IMG/VR virus record: IMGVR_UViG_3300013006_000024
Location: 32,001-96,000 of that record
Length of the DNA stretch: 64,000 bases
Direction: 5' to 3' (one strand)
Origin: a virus
The notes beneath the pieces are model-generated. The model searched no databases and was not told the DNA's origin. It saw only the letters and a program-made list of their open reading frames with translations. Position 1 is the first letter of the stretch. Every line of letters starts with the position of its first letter. A program made the translations under genes and the position numbers. This document shows positions 17,632 to 28,419 of the stretch, piece by piece.

Positions 17632-19932
17632 ATGGCACGCACAATTCAAAGTCCCGGTGTACAAATTCAAGAGGTAGATCTTTCGTTATCAAATGTCGGA
17701 ACCCCTTCTACCACAGTATTTATTCCAGGTTTCTCTAACAAAGGACCGTCGTCTGAACCGGTCTCCGTATCCTCATTATCTGAATTTGAGCAAATATTTG
17801 GCACACCTACTAATGGTGCAGAGAGATATTTTTATCATTCCGTAAAGGCTGTACTACAATCTCCTGCAAATGTTTTAGTATACAGATTACCGTACGGAGC
17901 GGGTGCTGGTGTTGATACAAGCGATGAGTATAGCGCACTAGTATACCCTGTCCTAACATATTGCCCTTCTACACAATATACATCAAGCGACTTAACCAAA
18001 ACAGATTCAAGATATTTCTTCGGCACTCCAACGCATTTAAAACTTACACAAGCTGAATATATAGGTATTCTACAAGGAGATGCATTTGCTTGGGCTACTA
18101 ATACTGAAAATAGAGTAAACTTTCCTAACGTTGCATCGCTTAGCGGTGCAGGGCTAATCATTCTTAATAAGAATCAATCAACAATTAATTCTAAATTTGA
18201 AGGAACATATGTTGGTATTATCGATAACACCAATTTAAATCCCGCTACACCTTTTAACGGTGTAAACTCAGTTTATACGATTAATAGTGAAACAATATCT
18301 GTTTACGGTAATGATAATTTTGTACAAGTACCCTCTACAAGACTTAACTTTACCTTAAGTGCTGAATCTACAGGTTTACAAGGCTCTGTTTCTGAAGTAT
18401 TAGAGAATATACCTTCTTTTGATATTTCATCGCATCAATTTGATGATACTGTTTCAATCGGCGTATTTAAACTCCGTCAATCAGTATTTTCACCCGATAC
18501 AATTGCCTTAGATTACGTTTTACAGGAAAGTTATACAGGGTCGTTTGATTCAAACAGACAAATTAATAGTGAGAATGGTGGACCCGCAATTAGTTTTTCG
18601 ATTGAGCAATCAAATGCAGGCTCGCTTAATACAACGATTATAGTTAATCCCTTTATCGCTAATAAAAACGATACAACATGGCTAGATCTTTCTGGTATAC
18701 CGTCAAAGAAAGTTCGCTTCCTTACCGATGCATTAGCTACTCCTTTAGATGGCGAAACCGCAAATGAGTATACCGCCCGTGTAGGTGCGCCTGAGATAAG
18801 CGTTGAAGTGATGCTATCACTTCTTGGTAGTACTGCAGCCCTTTATGCGTTAGGTGATTACGATAATCAAGATTTAGCTACAAAGATTATCGGCAACTTG
18901 CCTCTTAAGCTTACTACCGCCACAGAGAGATTGAATAACGTCGATTTATATCCAATTACTGTAACTGTTGAAGCTGGATTAGGTACAATTTATGCCAATT
19001 CATTTAATCCTTCTACATTTACATATTTTGATGAAACTGCACCGTTTGAAGAACTAGTAGAATCGTTAAAGGTACAAAATCCTTCTTCTCTACCAGTAGG
19101 TATAACGCGCTATAACGCTGCTGTACAGCCGTTATTGAACTTAGCTGAAGGCAGAAAAGATCATATTTTAATATTAGACGCTCTATCGAATATATTTGTA
19201 CAAGGTGCAAACGTTAAGACGTTAGATCTTCGCGGAAAGAGCTTCTCGGATGATATCTATTGGCCATTAAAAAATCAATTTACTGCATATAATACAAGTT
19301 ATGCATGTACATTTGCCAATTGTGCACAAGTTAGTGATGCTGCAACCGATCAGCAGGTCTGGGTTCCATTCTCCGGGTTTGCTGCAGCTGCTATGGCAAA
19401 GACAGATAATAATTATCAGCCTTGGTATGCACCTGCAGGATTCTCCCGCGGTGTTATTATTGGTGTAAATGATGTCGGTATTTACCCCAAGCAGAAGCAG
19501 CGCGATCAGCTTTATAAGATCAATATTAATCCAATTGCGTTCTTCCCGTCTGAAGGCTTTGTAATCTTCGGACAAAAGACCCTGCAGAAGAAGCCAAGCG
19601 CATTCGATAGAATTAATGTTCGTAGGCTATTTCTTAATCTCGAGACAGCAACACGCGATACATTAAAATATTTCGTATTCGAGCCAAATACACTCTTTAC
19701 ACGTACACAGGTTATTAATACAATCAGCCCATTGTTTGAGAATGCTAAAAACACTCAAGGTATATATGATTATCTAATAATATGCGATGAGCGTAATAAT
19801 ACACCTGCTATAATAGATGATAATACTTTAGTAATTGACATTTATATTAAACCTGTAAGAACAGCAGAGTATATACTTTGTAATTTCTACGCTACTAGAA
19901 CCGGAACAAACTTCCAGGAGATAGTATCATAA
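17632..19932 (+). CDS. gp18: Contractile tail sheath (T4 gp18-like)
   Basis: SPGVQIQEVDLS, FEQIFGTP, PWYAPAGFSRG, RDQLYKININPI, FGQKTL, FDRINVRRLF, FEPN, CDERNNT. Confidence 0.97.
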   Translation: MARTIQSPGVQIQEVDLSLSNVGTPSTTVFIPGFSNKGPSSEPVSVSSLSEFEQIFGTPTNGAERYFYHSVKAVLQSPANVLVYRLPYGAGAGVDTSDEYSALVYPVLTYCPSTQYTSSDLTKTDSRYFFGTPTHLKLTQAEYIGILQGDAFAWATNTENRVNFPNVASLSGAGLIILNKNQSTINSKFEGTYVGIIDNTNLNPATPFNGVNSVYTINSETISVYGNDNFVQVPSTRLNFTLSAESTGLQGSVSEVLENIPSFDISSHQFDDTVSIGVFKLRQSVFSPDTIALDYVLQESYTGSFDSNRQINSENGGPAISFSIEQSNAGSLNTTIIVNPFIANKNDTTWLDLSGIPSKKVRFLTDALATPLDGETANEYTARVGAPEISVEVMLSLLGSTAALYALGDYDNQDLATKIIGNLPLKLTTATERLNNVDLYPITVTVEAGLGTIYANSFNPSTFTYFDETAPFEELVESLKVQNPSSLPVGITRYNAAVQPLLNLAEGRKDHILILDALSNIFVQGANVKTLDLRGKSFSDDIYWPLKNQFTAYNTSYACTFANCAQVSDAATDQQVWVPFSGFAAAAMAKTDNNYQPWYAPAGFSRGVIIGVNDVGIYPKQKQRDQLYKININPIAFFPSEGFVIFGQKTLQKKPSAFDRINVRRLFLNLETATRDTLKYFVFEPNTLFTRTQVINTISPLFENAKNTQGIYDYLIICDERNNTPAIIDDNTLVIDIYIKPVRTAEYILCNFYATRTGTNFQEIVS

Positions 19933-19957
19933 ATGATCGAGGTTAATAAATAATTTT

Positions 19958-20506
19958 ATGGCTGACGTAAATCAATTAATTACAGACTTTTACAGAGTAG
20001 CGACGACACGTGAGTTTGCACGTGATTTTAACTTCCGTGTATTATCCATTAATACTGGCGGTGCAAGTACGGTATCTTTTGATGAGAATGATTTAGTATA
20101 TGTTAAAACAGCTACATTACCTGCTCGTTCTATTACCAACGTGCCGGTGCCTTACATGGGGTTAAATTTTAATTTACCCGGCAATGCTACATATCCTAAT
20201 AGTGATAGCTATGAATTAACATTTTATGCGGATGCACAGTCTCAAATCCGCCAGAAGTTTGAACAGTGGTCAACGGATATTTTTAATGATGCTAATTCGA
20301 CAGGTAATTATTTCGCCCCTAAGCAGACAGCTATTATTGATTTAGTACAACTAGATAATGCATTAAACAGCGTTGGTCAATATCAATTAGTTGGCGTTTC
20401 AGTAAGAAACGTTGGACCCCTTCAGTATAATATTGCTACCGGTACTGGTGAGACGATTGAATTTACTGCTACTGTTTCTTATCACTACTGGAGAAAACTT
20501 AGCTAA
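19958..20506 (+). CDS. gp19: Tail tube protein (T4 gp19-like)
   Basis: Follows sheath; KTATLPARSI..VPVPYMG...PGNATY, IRQKFEQW, VQLD, EFTATVSYHYW. Confidence 0.88.
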   Translation: MADVNQLITDFYRVATTREFARDFNFRVLSINTGGASTVSFDENDLVYVKTATLPARSITNVPVPYMGLNFNLPGNATYPNSDSYELTFYADAQSQIRQKFEQWSTDIFNDANSTGNYFAPKQTAIIDLVQLDNALNSVGQYQLVGVSVRNVGPLQYNIATGTGETIEFTATVSYHYWRKLS

Positions 20507-20532
20507 TTCGTTAGTTAGATCTAAATAATTAG

Positions 20533-21441
20533 GTGAACAATCCGTTTACCAGTGCTTTAAATTCGTTAGGTCAAAATTTTACAGATTTGGGTAGAGGTAC
20601 TAACGCCTCTTTTGCTCCTCAAGCAATTAATCTTTTCGGGTTCAATATCCCGGGCGTACCTATAATAAGTCCAAGAGATTATTTCTTGGTACAAATGGAA
20701 TCATGGTTTACTTCGATTCCCAATTCGACACAGTGGATTATAGTTATAGATAATTATCCCCCTGCATTAAGAAGCAGTATTATTCAAGGATTAGAAAGAA
20801 CTGACGGTAGTAAAAAAGGGTTTGATATTGATACAGCTAGATCTATTTTAAATAGCTTTCCTTTACAAAAAATTGTAGGTTGTTTGTTCGCGCATTCAAT
20901 TGTTATACCCACCGAACAATATTCAGTAAGCACAGTATCAATTAATAATAATAGAGGTTTTTTACCTGGTGTTTTAGGTGGTCCGAGAATTACCGAAGCT
21001 CCGGAATTAGTAATTGAGTTTAGAGAAACAAATACATCGTTTGTCGACTTCGTACTCAGACCTTGGGTGATAGTGGGGTCGCATTACGGGATGACCGCCC
21101 GCCCGGGTGATACTCAAGGTAATAAAGATCCTAAAAATATGAAAGTAAATATGACTTTATTAGAGTATACAAGAACATATCAAGGTATATCTATGATACC
21201 TAGAAAAGTGTTTAATTTTTACAATTGTATGCCATATCAAGTTTCAGAGCAATCCTTAGATTATTCAGATGAAAAGCTAACTACATATAGTACAAGATGG
21301 ACGTATTCAAATTATACGGTTGAAAACAATCTTTACTTGCCTATTGCTGATCTTGTTAATAGAATATCTAATGGATCTATACCTCGAATTACTAGCTTCC
21401 AGAACGGACTCGGGAATATAAATCCTTTAGGATTTTTATAA
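20533..21441 (+). CDS. Tube-fold baseplate protein (gp54-like tail tube initiator)
   Basis: LVIEFRETN.SFVDFVLRPW, FYNCMPYQV, RWTYSNY; follows gp19. Confidence 0.6.
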   Translation: MNNPFTSALNSLGQNFTDLGRGTNASFAPQAINLFGFNIPGVPIISPRDYFLVQMESWFTSIPNSTQWIIVIDNYPPALRSSIIQGLERTDGSKKGFDIDTARSILNSFPLQKIVGCLFAHSIVIPTEQYSVSTVSINNNRGFLPGVLGGPRITEAPELVIEFRETNTSFVDFVLRPWVIVGSHYGMTARPGDTQGNKDPKNMKVNMTLLEYTRTYQGISMIPRKVFNFYNCMPYQVSEQSLDYSDEKLTTYSTRWTYSNYTVENNLYLPIADLVNRISNGSIPRITSFQNGLGNINPLGFL

Positions 21442-22298
21442 TGGCATTTTATTTAAATTTCGAAACACCTACTTTAAAAACACCTCTTAAGATAAAAGAA
21501 TTATCTTTTAAGCAATTTAGAGAGCTTAACAAATATATTTTATCTAATAATAATGAATTTATTGAAAGCTGTTTAAATACAATTATTTTTGATAATCTAG
21601 AAAACAAAACACAATTCCATCGACTATCAAATTTTGATAAATTTTGCTGCATGCTTTTGCTAAGAAGTGTATGTGTATCTCCTGATTTAGAAGTTTTTCA
21701 GAAGAAGCAAAACGTAAAAATATCTGTATCAGATTTTTTAAATAGTTGCTTAAACTTCAATAAAGAATTTACAAAGACAATTACACAACCAGATATAGAG
21801 ATCACACTTGAACTACCTCATAATTTTATTATACAAAACTTCTTAGAATTACCTCATCTTGTTATTAAGAAAGTTAAGATTCAAGACTCTTCATACAACT
21901 TTAATGAATTAGAAGAAACAATAAAAAATGATATTATTGAGACATTACCTGGTAGTATTATTTTTGAAATTAAAACGTTTTTTGAAGAAACAGTTGAAAA
22001 ATTTAAAGCTTTAGAATTTAAAATACCTAGCTTTGAAGAGGTAATAGTACTAAACCCATTTGATGGTACTTTACTTGAGCTACTAAAGCTTATCTTTAGA
22101 GCTAATTTGTCTAATATATATGAAATGCAGTATATCCTTGTCAGTAAACTATATTACACGCCTGAATATTTAGATGAAAATACCTTTACAGAGAATCTCC
22201 TTATAATACGGCTATTTGAAGACGAAATTAAGCGTCAAGAAGATCAGCATAAAAAGTCAAAATCCCCTTCTATACCGATTAACCCTGGAAAACCATAA
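21441..22298 (+). CDS. Baseplate hub assembly protein (gp26/gp51-like)
   Basis: LLLRSVCVSP, ITLELP and a C-terminal gp51-like LSNIYEMQYIL...TFTE segment. Confidence 0.55.
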   Translation: MAFYLNFETPTLKTPLKIKELSFKQFRELNKYILSNNNEFIESCLNTIIFDNLENKTQFHRLSNFDKFCCMLLLRSVCVSPDLEVFQKKQNVKISVSDFLNSCLNFNKEFTKTITQPDIEITLELPHNFIIQNFLELPHLVIKKVKIQDSSYNFNELEETIKNDIIETLPGSIIFEIKTFFEETVEKFKALEFKIPSFEEVIVLNPFDGTLLELLKLIFRANLSNIYEMQYILVSKLYYTPEYLDENTFTENLLIIRLFEDEIKRQEDQHKKSKSPSIPINPGKP

Positions 22299-22317
22299 CT
22301 TTAGGATAAATTATTAA

Positions 22318-23091
22318 ATGAGCAGCAATTCAGTAGTTGACAAAATTAAGCAAATAGCTATTATTAATAAAGTTAATACGTATGCACGTTCAGTCAATGC
22401 AGACGTTTCATTCTTACCCTTAACTATTAAGCAGCAAAAAAATATTATAAAGACTGCATTAGATGTAGTTCTTTCTCCTATTACTTTTTCTCTTACTACT
22501 ACAGAAATTATTAAGGAAAATATTCAAACAAAGACTAACCTTTCAATAATAGATAAGCCTCTAATTCTCTTAGCGTTAAGGGCTAATTCTTTAGGAACCT
22601 CTTATGTTATAGACGGTGCACAAAAAGAAGTTGTAGATTTATCTGAATGCTTAAAGAGACGCGAAGCAATAAATATAGCTGATCTTGCAGAAACCTTAAC
22701 GTTTGATAATTTGGAAATTACAACCAAGGTTCCTTCTTTAGAAGAAGATTACCGTGTTAATTTAGATTGTAAGAGAGTATTAGAAAGTCGTAAGAGTAAT
22801 GATAATGATAAAATAAAAGATCTTATAGGCGAAGTTTATGTTTATGAAATTATTAAGTTTATCGATAATATTAAGGTCACTGTTGATAGTAAAACCGATG
22901 AGATAAAATTTAATATCTTATCTATTAATCAAAAAGTTGAGACTGTAGAAAGCCTTCCTATGGCAGTTACAACGAAATTAATACAGAGTATTGCCAATAT
23001 TAGAAAAGTAGAAACTGATTCTTTAAAATTAATGGTTGGCGATAAAGAAGTTACTATTAATTTAGACACCTCATTTTTTACAAAAGAATAA
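22318..23091 (+). CDS. gp26: Baseplate hub subunit (T4 gp26-like)
   Basis: FLPLTIKQQK, ILLALRANSLG, KVPSL, VESLP, SFF C-terminus. Confidence 0.65.
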   Translation: MSSNSVVDKIKQIAIINKVNTYARSVNADVSFLPLTIKQQKNIIKTALDVVLSPITFSLTTTEIIKENIQTKTNLSIIDKPLILLALRANSLGTSYVIDGAQKEVVDLSECLKRREAINIADLAETLTFDNLEITTKVPSLEEDYRVNLDCKRVLESRKSNDNDKIKDLIGEVYVYEIIKFIDNIKVTVDSKTDEIKFNILSINQKVETVESLPMAVTTKLIQSIANIRKVETDSLKLMVGDKEVTINLDTSFFTKE

Positions 23092-23129
23092 TGCAATTTT
23101 GACTATTCATTCATAAGTATTAATAGCTT

Positions 23130-25166
23130 ATGGATCCTCAGCAATTTCAGCTATTTTTAGATCAACTAACTAAAATAAGTTCAAGGCTTGATTCTATCTA
23201 TAGCACGATGCCTGAACCTGATGATAAAAAAGGTAAAGATAAAGACAAGATAGATAGATTACAGCCCCGCGAAAAGGAAAGAATAAAAGAAATAGCTAAA
23301 ATTTATTCTAAAGAGTTTGATAAAAACTTTACGAGACTTACTAAAAAACAAGAAGAGTTAAATGATAAAAATGAAAAACTTTTTCAAAAAAATGGTATTA
23401 AAGTTAAGCTAGAATCTGTTTCCAGAGATGTTTTAAGAAGTCTTAAAAAAATATTTTCTGAAAGCACTGCAAGGTCTTTATCAATGCAAACAGCACCCGG
23501 TGGAGGCAAAGGCGGCGGTATAGCAGGTGCAGCTGGAAACTTTTTAGGTAATTTAATTGGAGGTGCTGGGCCTTGGGGAGCTATAATTGCTGCTATAGCT
23601 GCCGTCGGAGGTGTAGCTATTATATATCTGCTTTTACAAAATCTTGATAAGCTTTCTACATTTTTAAAAGACGCATTACCTGCTATAGGAGATTTCTTTG
23701 TTAAAGTTTTACCCCCTGCTATTGAAAGTGCAGGTAAAGCTATGTCTACTGTTATAATACCTTTAATACAAACAGTTGTTGAGAATGTTGTAAAATTAGC
23801 TGAAATCATTTTATCTCATATCCCTCCTGTTTTAAAAGCAATCGGAGATATATTACTTCCTATTATTAGTGATGTAAAAGAATTTTTTGAATTTATAATA
23901 GCTAATATACCTTCTATAGTAGAGTCGTTTTTTGGTGGTATAGCTAATCTTACAGAAGTAATTTTAAAAAATTTACCCCCTATAATGCCCTACATAACTG
24001 AGTTAGCCAGTTACATTAAAGAAATATATTTGTCTTTAATTGATAAAATTCCTGTAATTTTAAATACGTTTAAAGATGTATTTTTACCTACTTTATCAGC
24101 TGTTAAAGATGTAATTTTAGCACTAATACCACCATTAAAAGACATTCTTTCTGAAACTATTAATGGTATTACTACTATAGCACCTTATGTAAAAACAATC
24201 TTAGTATCAGCATTCGAAAATTTAAGAAAAATTATTAATACCTTAGTTGTTAGTCTTGAGCCGTTTGTAACATTAATAGGTCAAACTCTACTAGAAGCAT
24301 TTAAAGCTATTACAGTTTTTGTAGATCAATTTTTTGATTCGTTTAAAACTCTAGTAAATTTTATTAAAGATGTAGCATTACAATCGATTAGTACTGTTGA
24401 AAAAATATTTACTAAATTTAGTGATACGTTTAAATGGATTATCACACAAGATCCAGCTCATATTACAGCAGTAGCTGCAGCAGTAGTTGCGCTAGGTGCC
24501 GCAGTTGCAACCTTTGGATTAGCTGATGCTAGCGGTACACTTATATCTGCAGCAGGGTCTTTCTTCAAGAAAGGCAAAACACCTTTAGATGCTATTATAG
24601 ATCTTGCTGATAAAAGCGATAAACTAATAATAGCGTCAAATAACATAGGAATTTTATCTAGTACATTAGCTGAATTTACAAAACAAACTTACGGTGATGA
24701 ATTTGTAGATCAAATGGCTAAAGTAGGTAAAGGTATAGAGCAAATAACTAATGTAAAGAATTTAGATAAATTACAAAATCTTAAATATGTCAATGATCTA
24801 AAAAACGTAGAATTACCTGCTAAATCAGTTGAAATAGCAGCACAGCAAAAAACAGATGTAAGCTTTAAGGAAGGTAGCGATATATTCGAGGACCTCTATT
24901 CATCAACAACTACTTTAAACGATAGTATTACCGAACTAACAGCATCGTTAGATAATATTAAGAATAGAATAGAGGACTCAATTAAGGTACAGCAACAACA
25001 AGCTAAACTCACAGATAATAGCTTAGGAACTCTAAAAGAGATTCGAGATAAAGAACAATCGAGTAACAACGTTGTTGTTAATAATAGCTCAAGTCAAATG
25101 GTTCTAACTCAAAAACAATCATCAAATTTTGATTTTAGAAGAGGACTTGTAGCTGTCAATTATTAA
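23130..25166 (+). CDS. Tape measure protein
   Basis: 678 aa; Gly/Ala-rich hydrophobic segments, amphipathic Pro-punctuated helical repeats, NNVVVNN near C-terminus; expected position. Confidence 0.75.
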   Translation: MDPQQFQLFLDQLTKISSRLDSIYSTMPEPDDKKGKDKDKIDRLQPREKERIKEIAKIYSKEFDKNFTRLTKKQEELNDKNEKLFQKNGIKVKLESVSRDVLRSLKKIFSESTARSLSMQTAPGGGKGGGIAGAAGNFLGNLIGGAGPWGAIIAAIAAVGGVAIIYLLLQNLDKLSTFLKDALPAIGDFFVKVLPPAIESAGKAMSTVIIPLIQTVVENVVKLAEIILSHIPPVLKAIGDILLPIISDVKEFFEFIIANIPSIVESFFGGIANLTEVILKNLPPIMPYITELASYIKEIYLSLIDKIPVILNTFKDVFLPTLSAVKDVILALIPPLKDILSETINGITTIAPYVKTILVSAFENLRKIINTLVVSLEPFVTLIGQTLLEAFKAITVFVDQFFDSFKTLVNFIKDVALQSISTVEKIFTKFSDTFKWIITQDPAHITAVAAAVVALGAAVATFGLADASGTLISAAGSFFKKGKTPLDAIIDLADKSDKLIIASNNIGILSSTLAEFTKQTYGDEFVDQMAKVGKGIEQITNVKNLDKLQNLKYVNDLKNVELPAKSVEIAAQQKTDVSFKEGSDIFEDLYSSTTTLNDSITELTASLDNIKNRIEDSIKVQQQQAKLTDNSLGTLKEIRDKEQSSNNVVVNNSSSQMVLTQKQSSNFDFRRGLVAVNY

Positions 25167-25177
25167 TAAGTACTATT

Positions 25178-26485
25178 ATGAATCATGTATTTTCTATTTC
25201 AAGAAGTCGTACGGTAGATGCATCTAATTTAAGCGATGCTGAGGTTAGCCCGCCTTTATTAGTTGCCCCAAATATTGCACAGACTGGCACCGGTTTAGCT
25301 ACATCTAACACTTCACAGGTAGGTACCACCGTTGATGTCGTTTCAGACTTTTACTGGACGTACTCAAAATTAAAAGAATCTAGACAAGAAGTACCTAAAA
25401 TCATCCTAACCGAAAGACGCTTAAAATCTAATGCACTTATCTCACAGTTAAAATATTCTTTTGGTGTTACCAAAGATGCAGTTACCGCTGCTATTAATAA
25501 GTTACCCGATAATGTTAAAAACGACTTAAATGATTTTTTTAAAAATATAGAAACAAATACCGGAGTGGTGCAAAACACAACTAATTTTGTAAACAAATTT
25601 GACTTCTTACAAGATAATAATGATATCTATGATAACAACCCATATTTAAGACCTTACAGAAACCTGTATATTACTGAACCCACAGGATGGCAGTTTGTAT
25701 TACCATACTTTGAAAATTTTTCCGGTGCTCAAGCTAATGCATTTTCTGATGATGCTCCTAACCCGTTTTTAGGTATACTTAAAAAAGCATCTGAGGGTCT
25801 CTCTGATTTAGCTTCAACTGCTTCTATCTTAACGGGCCCTGCTTCTATAAGCTTTGTCGAAAAATCTAAGTTTTATAGCTATAACACAGAAGGTGAAGAT
25901 ATTACATTTACATTTCCTTTAATTAATACAGGTTCGGTTACATTTGATGATGTAATTAGAAACTGGGAATTGCTTTTCTTATTACTCTACAATAATAAGC
26001 CTGCTAGAAGAAATACCGCTTTAATTGACCCGCCAAACATTTATCAAGTAGAAATACCAGGCGTTAAATTTTTGCCTTTTTGTTATATGTCTAGTATTGC
26101 TATAGAATTTCAAGGCTCGAGAAGAGAACTAACTTTTGATCTTTCTTATTTAGATAATTTAAATGTTGAATCAGCTACTCCTATTTTCGGAGGCGGTGTA
26201 GGAAACGCGGTAGGAGGTGCTATTAGAAATTTCTTTAATAATAAAGCGTCACAAACAATAGGATTCTTTAATCAACCAATTAGAAAGAAAATAACTACTA
26301 TTATACCCGATGCATATCTTATAAAAATTACTGTAAAAAGCTTATTAGCTGATTCTAAGAATTTTATGTATTCTATAATAAACAATCAACCCGTGGTTAC
26401 TACTAGTGTTTCCGATGCTGCAGCTTTAGAAACAGTAACTCAAGCAGCCGAGCAAATACTAGTTAATAGGAGTCTAGGAAGATAA
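25178..26485 (+). CDS. Baseplate tail-tube cap (gp48-like)
   Basis: Between tape measure and gp53; ITFTFPLINT, PPNIYQVEIPG, CYMSSIAIEF, IPDAY. Confidence 0.6.
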   Translation: MNHVFSISRSRTVDASNLSDAEVSPPLLVAPNIAQTGTGLATSNTSQVGTTVDVVSDFYWTYSKLKESRQEVPKIILTERRLKSNALISQLKYSFGVTKDAVTAAINKLPDNVKNDLNDFFKNIETNTGVVQNTTNFVNKFDFLQDNNDIYDNNPYLRPYRNLYITEPTGWQFVLPYFENFSGAQANAFSDDAPNPFLGILKKASEGLSDLASTASILTGPASISFVEKSKFYSYNTEGEDITFTFPLINTGSVTFDDVIRNWELLFLLLYNNKPARRNTALIDPPNIYQVEIPGVKFLPFCYMSSIAIEFQGSRRELTFDLSYLDNLNVESATPIFGGGVGNAVGGAIRNFFNNKASQTIGFFNQPIRKKITTIIPDAYLIKITVKSLLADSKNFMYSIINNQPVVTTSVSDAAALETVTQAAEQILVNRSLGR

Positions 26486-26486
26486 T

Positions 26487-26855
26487 ATGGAAGGCCTTGG
26501 AACATATCAAAATAAATTATCAGATCTTCCTGTTTTAAAAAACTTAAGATACGAGAATATATTTAAAGTATATACAACAGATAAAAGTCAATATTATTAT
26601 AATTTACTACAATCAATTTTCTTACCGGAAAAGTTAAATCCGGATTTAATATATTATCAGTCTTTAAATACAAAAACACCTTGGACAGTAGTAAGTTTTA
26701 ATGCTTACAAAACTATTGAATTGTGGTGGCTGATATGTCTAACTAACCAAATATATAACCCTGTTAAATTTCCTGATAGAGGGGCAGTTTTAAAGATTAT
26801 TAAGCCGCAATACGTACCTAATATCTTGAGCGAAATAAAACAAGCATTAAAATAA
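26487..26855 (+). CDS. gp53: Baseplate wedge protein (T4 gp53-like, LysM-like)
   Basis: WTVVSFNAYKTIELWWLICLTNQIYNP...GAVLKIIK. Confidence 0.8.
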   Translation: MEGLGTYQNKLSDLPVLKNLRYENIFKVYTTDKSQYYYNLLQSIFLPEKLNPDLIYYQSLNTKTPWTVVSFNAYKTIELWWLICLTNQIYNPVKFPDRGAVLKIIKPQYVPNILSEIKQALK

Positions 26856-26858
26856 TAT

Positions 26859-28418
26859 ATGGCTGATTCTATAGCTTACGATGAAAATTTTAATAATATT
26901 ATCAACGGTAATAATTACCGCTTTAATATTGGCTTAGTTACTGCAGACGGTAGATATCAAGAGCTAAAAATAGCATCAATAAATTCTCTTGTTATTGAAG
27001 ACCTATTTACCGACTTCTATCACAAAGGATACATTATTATAAACAACAGATTTGATGGCGTAGAAAGATTAGCTGATGTAAAGAATAAAGAAAGACTTAC
27101 AGTAACATCTAATTTTATAGCCGATAAAGGGTTTATCTTTAGAGGCGATTCTAGAGACTTTTTAATCGTAGATATTATGCCTAAACTTGATGATACGCAA
27201 TTTAGTTTTAATGACGATAGCAAAGCTAATACTTCTTTTAGAATGCTTTTTACCTTTTCAATATATAATACAGAAGAAATTGCCGGAGAATTACCTGGTG
27301 AAAAATTCAAAAAACTTTATTTTTGGGATATATATCATGACGTTTTAAAGAATAAAAATTCATATTTTTCAACTTCAAATTATTTAAAAGATAAACCCGG
27401 TATTAATAATTTATCTAATACTGATAGAGGTATACCTACAGGTACTGCAATAAAACACTTTTTACAAGAATTTTTTAATAAAGATGACGGTTTATCTATT
27501 TCTATTAATGAAAATGAATTTGATCCCGGAAGCACTTCCGTGTTCTTTTCTGCACCTGCGCGCTTTAAAGGGATTGATTGCCTTACTTATCTTTTGAATA
27601 GACATGTTTCCGATGCAAATAATAATTTTGACCAAGGGTTTTTAAGGAAAAGTAGAAGCGATTCATCTTTCTCACTTCAAAGCTTAGGAACCTACTTTAA
27701 AAAAGCATTGACAGAGAATAGCCCTTCTATTGGTCAGTATTTTTTAGAGACGTTTAAACTTGGCGAATACTCGGATAAAAATAATGAGTTCATTATAGAA
27801 AGCGTATCATTTACTCCTCCAAATTCCTTGTACTTAGGAAAATACGGAACTATTAGCAATTTTGTATATGACCCTATGCCTGGTGAATATACCCAACAAG
27901 ATTTGGTTACCACATTGGTTCATAGCTATAATAATGATGAGAAATCTTTTAATATAGATCAAGACCGTAATACAATAATGTCTGCACTTTCTGTTTACGG
28001 AAAAAACTATGTAGAACCATTTAATAAATTATGTCCAGATGAAAATGCACATATTAATTTTTACCCCGGTGAGTATAGATTGCAGCAAAAAAATGTTAAG
28101 AACGTTCTTTCTGTAGTTGAAGCTAATTCAGATCAAAGACTAGCTGCAGGAAGAAATAGAGCTATTTTTAATAATGTGTTTCTTAATAATACAGTGTTAT
28201 TTAAAGTGCCTGGGTCGACCCATCGTCAGGCAGGTAGGTTTATAGGTATTAATAGAGAAGGCGCAACCGCTTATAGCGATTTTGATAGTAAAATTTTAGG
28301 TGTATATTTTGTTTTAGAAGTTAAACACTTATTTGAAGGCAATGATTATTTTACTGAACTAAGATGCGTTAAGACATATAGTTATGATAATCTGTTCTTA
28401 AATACAAAGAGTAGATAA
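26859..28418 (+). CDS. Baseplate hub protein (gp27-like)
   Basis: LVIEDL...KGYIII; C-terminal VPGSTHRQAGRFI...GVYFVLEVKHLF...Y.TEL.CVK typical of hub/GpD-like proteins. Confidence 0.65.
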   Translation: MADSIAYDENFNNIINGNNYRFNIGLVTADGRYQELKIASINSLVIEDLFTDFYHKGYIIINNRFDGVERLADVKNKERLTVTSNFIADKGFIFRGDSRDFLIVDIMPKLDDTQFSFNDDSKANTSFRMLFTFSIYNTEEIAGELPGEKFKKLYFWDIYHDVLKNKNSYFSTSNYLKDKPGINNLSNTDRGIPTGTAIKHFLQEFFNKDDGLSISINENEFDPGSTSVFFSAPARFKGIDCLTYLLNRHVSDANNNFDQGFLRKSRSDSSFSLQSLGTYFKKALTENSPSIGQYFLETFKLGEYSDKNNEFIIESVSFTPPNSLYLGKYGTISNFVYDPMPGEYTQQDLVTTLVHSYNNDEKSFNIDQDRNTIMSALSVYGKNYVEPFNKLCPDENAHINFYPGEYRLQQKNVKNVLSVVEANSDQRLAAGRNRAIFNNVFLNNTVLFKVPGSTHRQAGRFIGINREGATAYSDFDSKILGVYFVLEVKHLFEGNDYFTELRCVKTYSYDNLFLNTKSR

Positions 28419-28419
28419 T

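Noticed and set aside
15211-19932. Introns, inteins or homing endonucleases in terminase, sheath, helicase or primase
   Set aside because: Lengths are ordinary and motifs contiguous; no HNH/GIY-YIG/LAGLIDADG or intein signatures seen
20500-20517. TAGCTAA-TTCG-TTAGTTA hairpin after gp19
   Set aside because: Weak AT-rich stem without a C-G closing pair or U-tract; not supportable as a terminator
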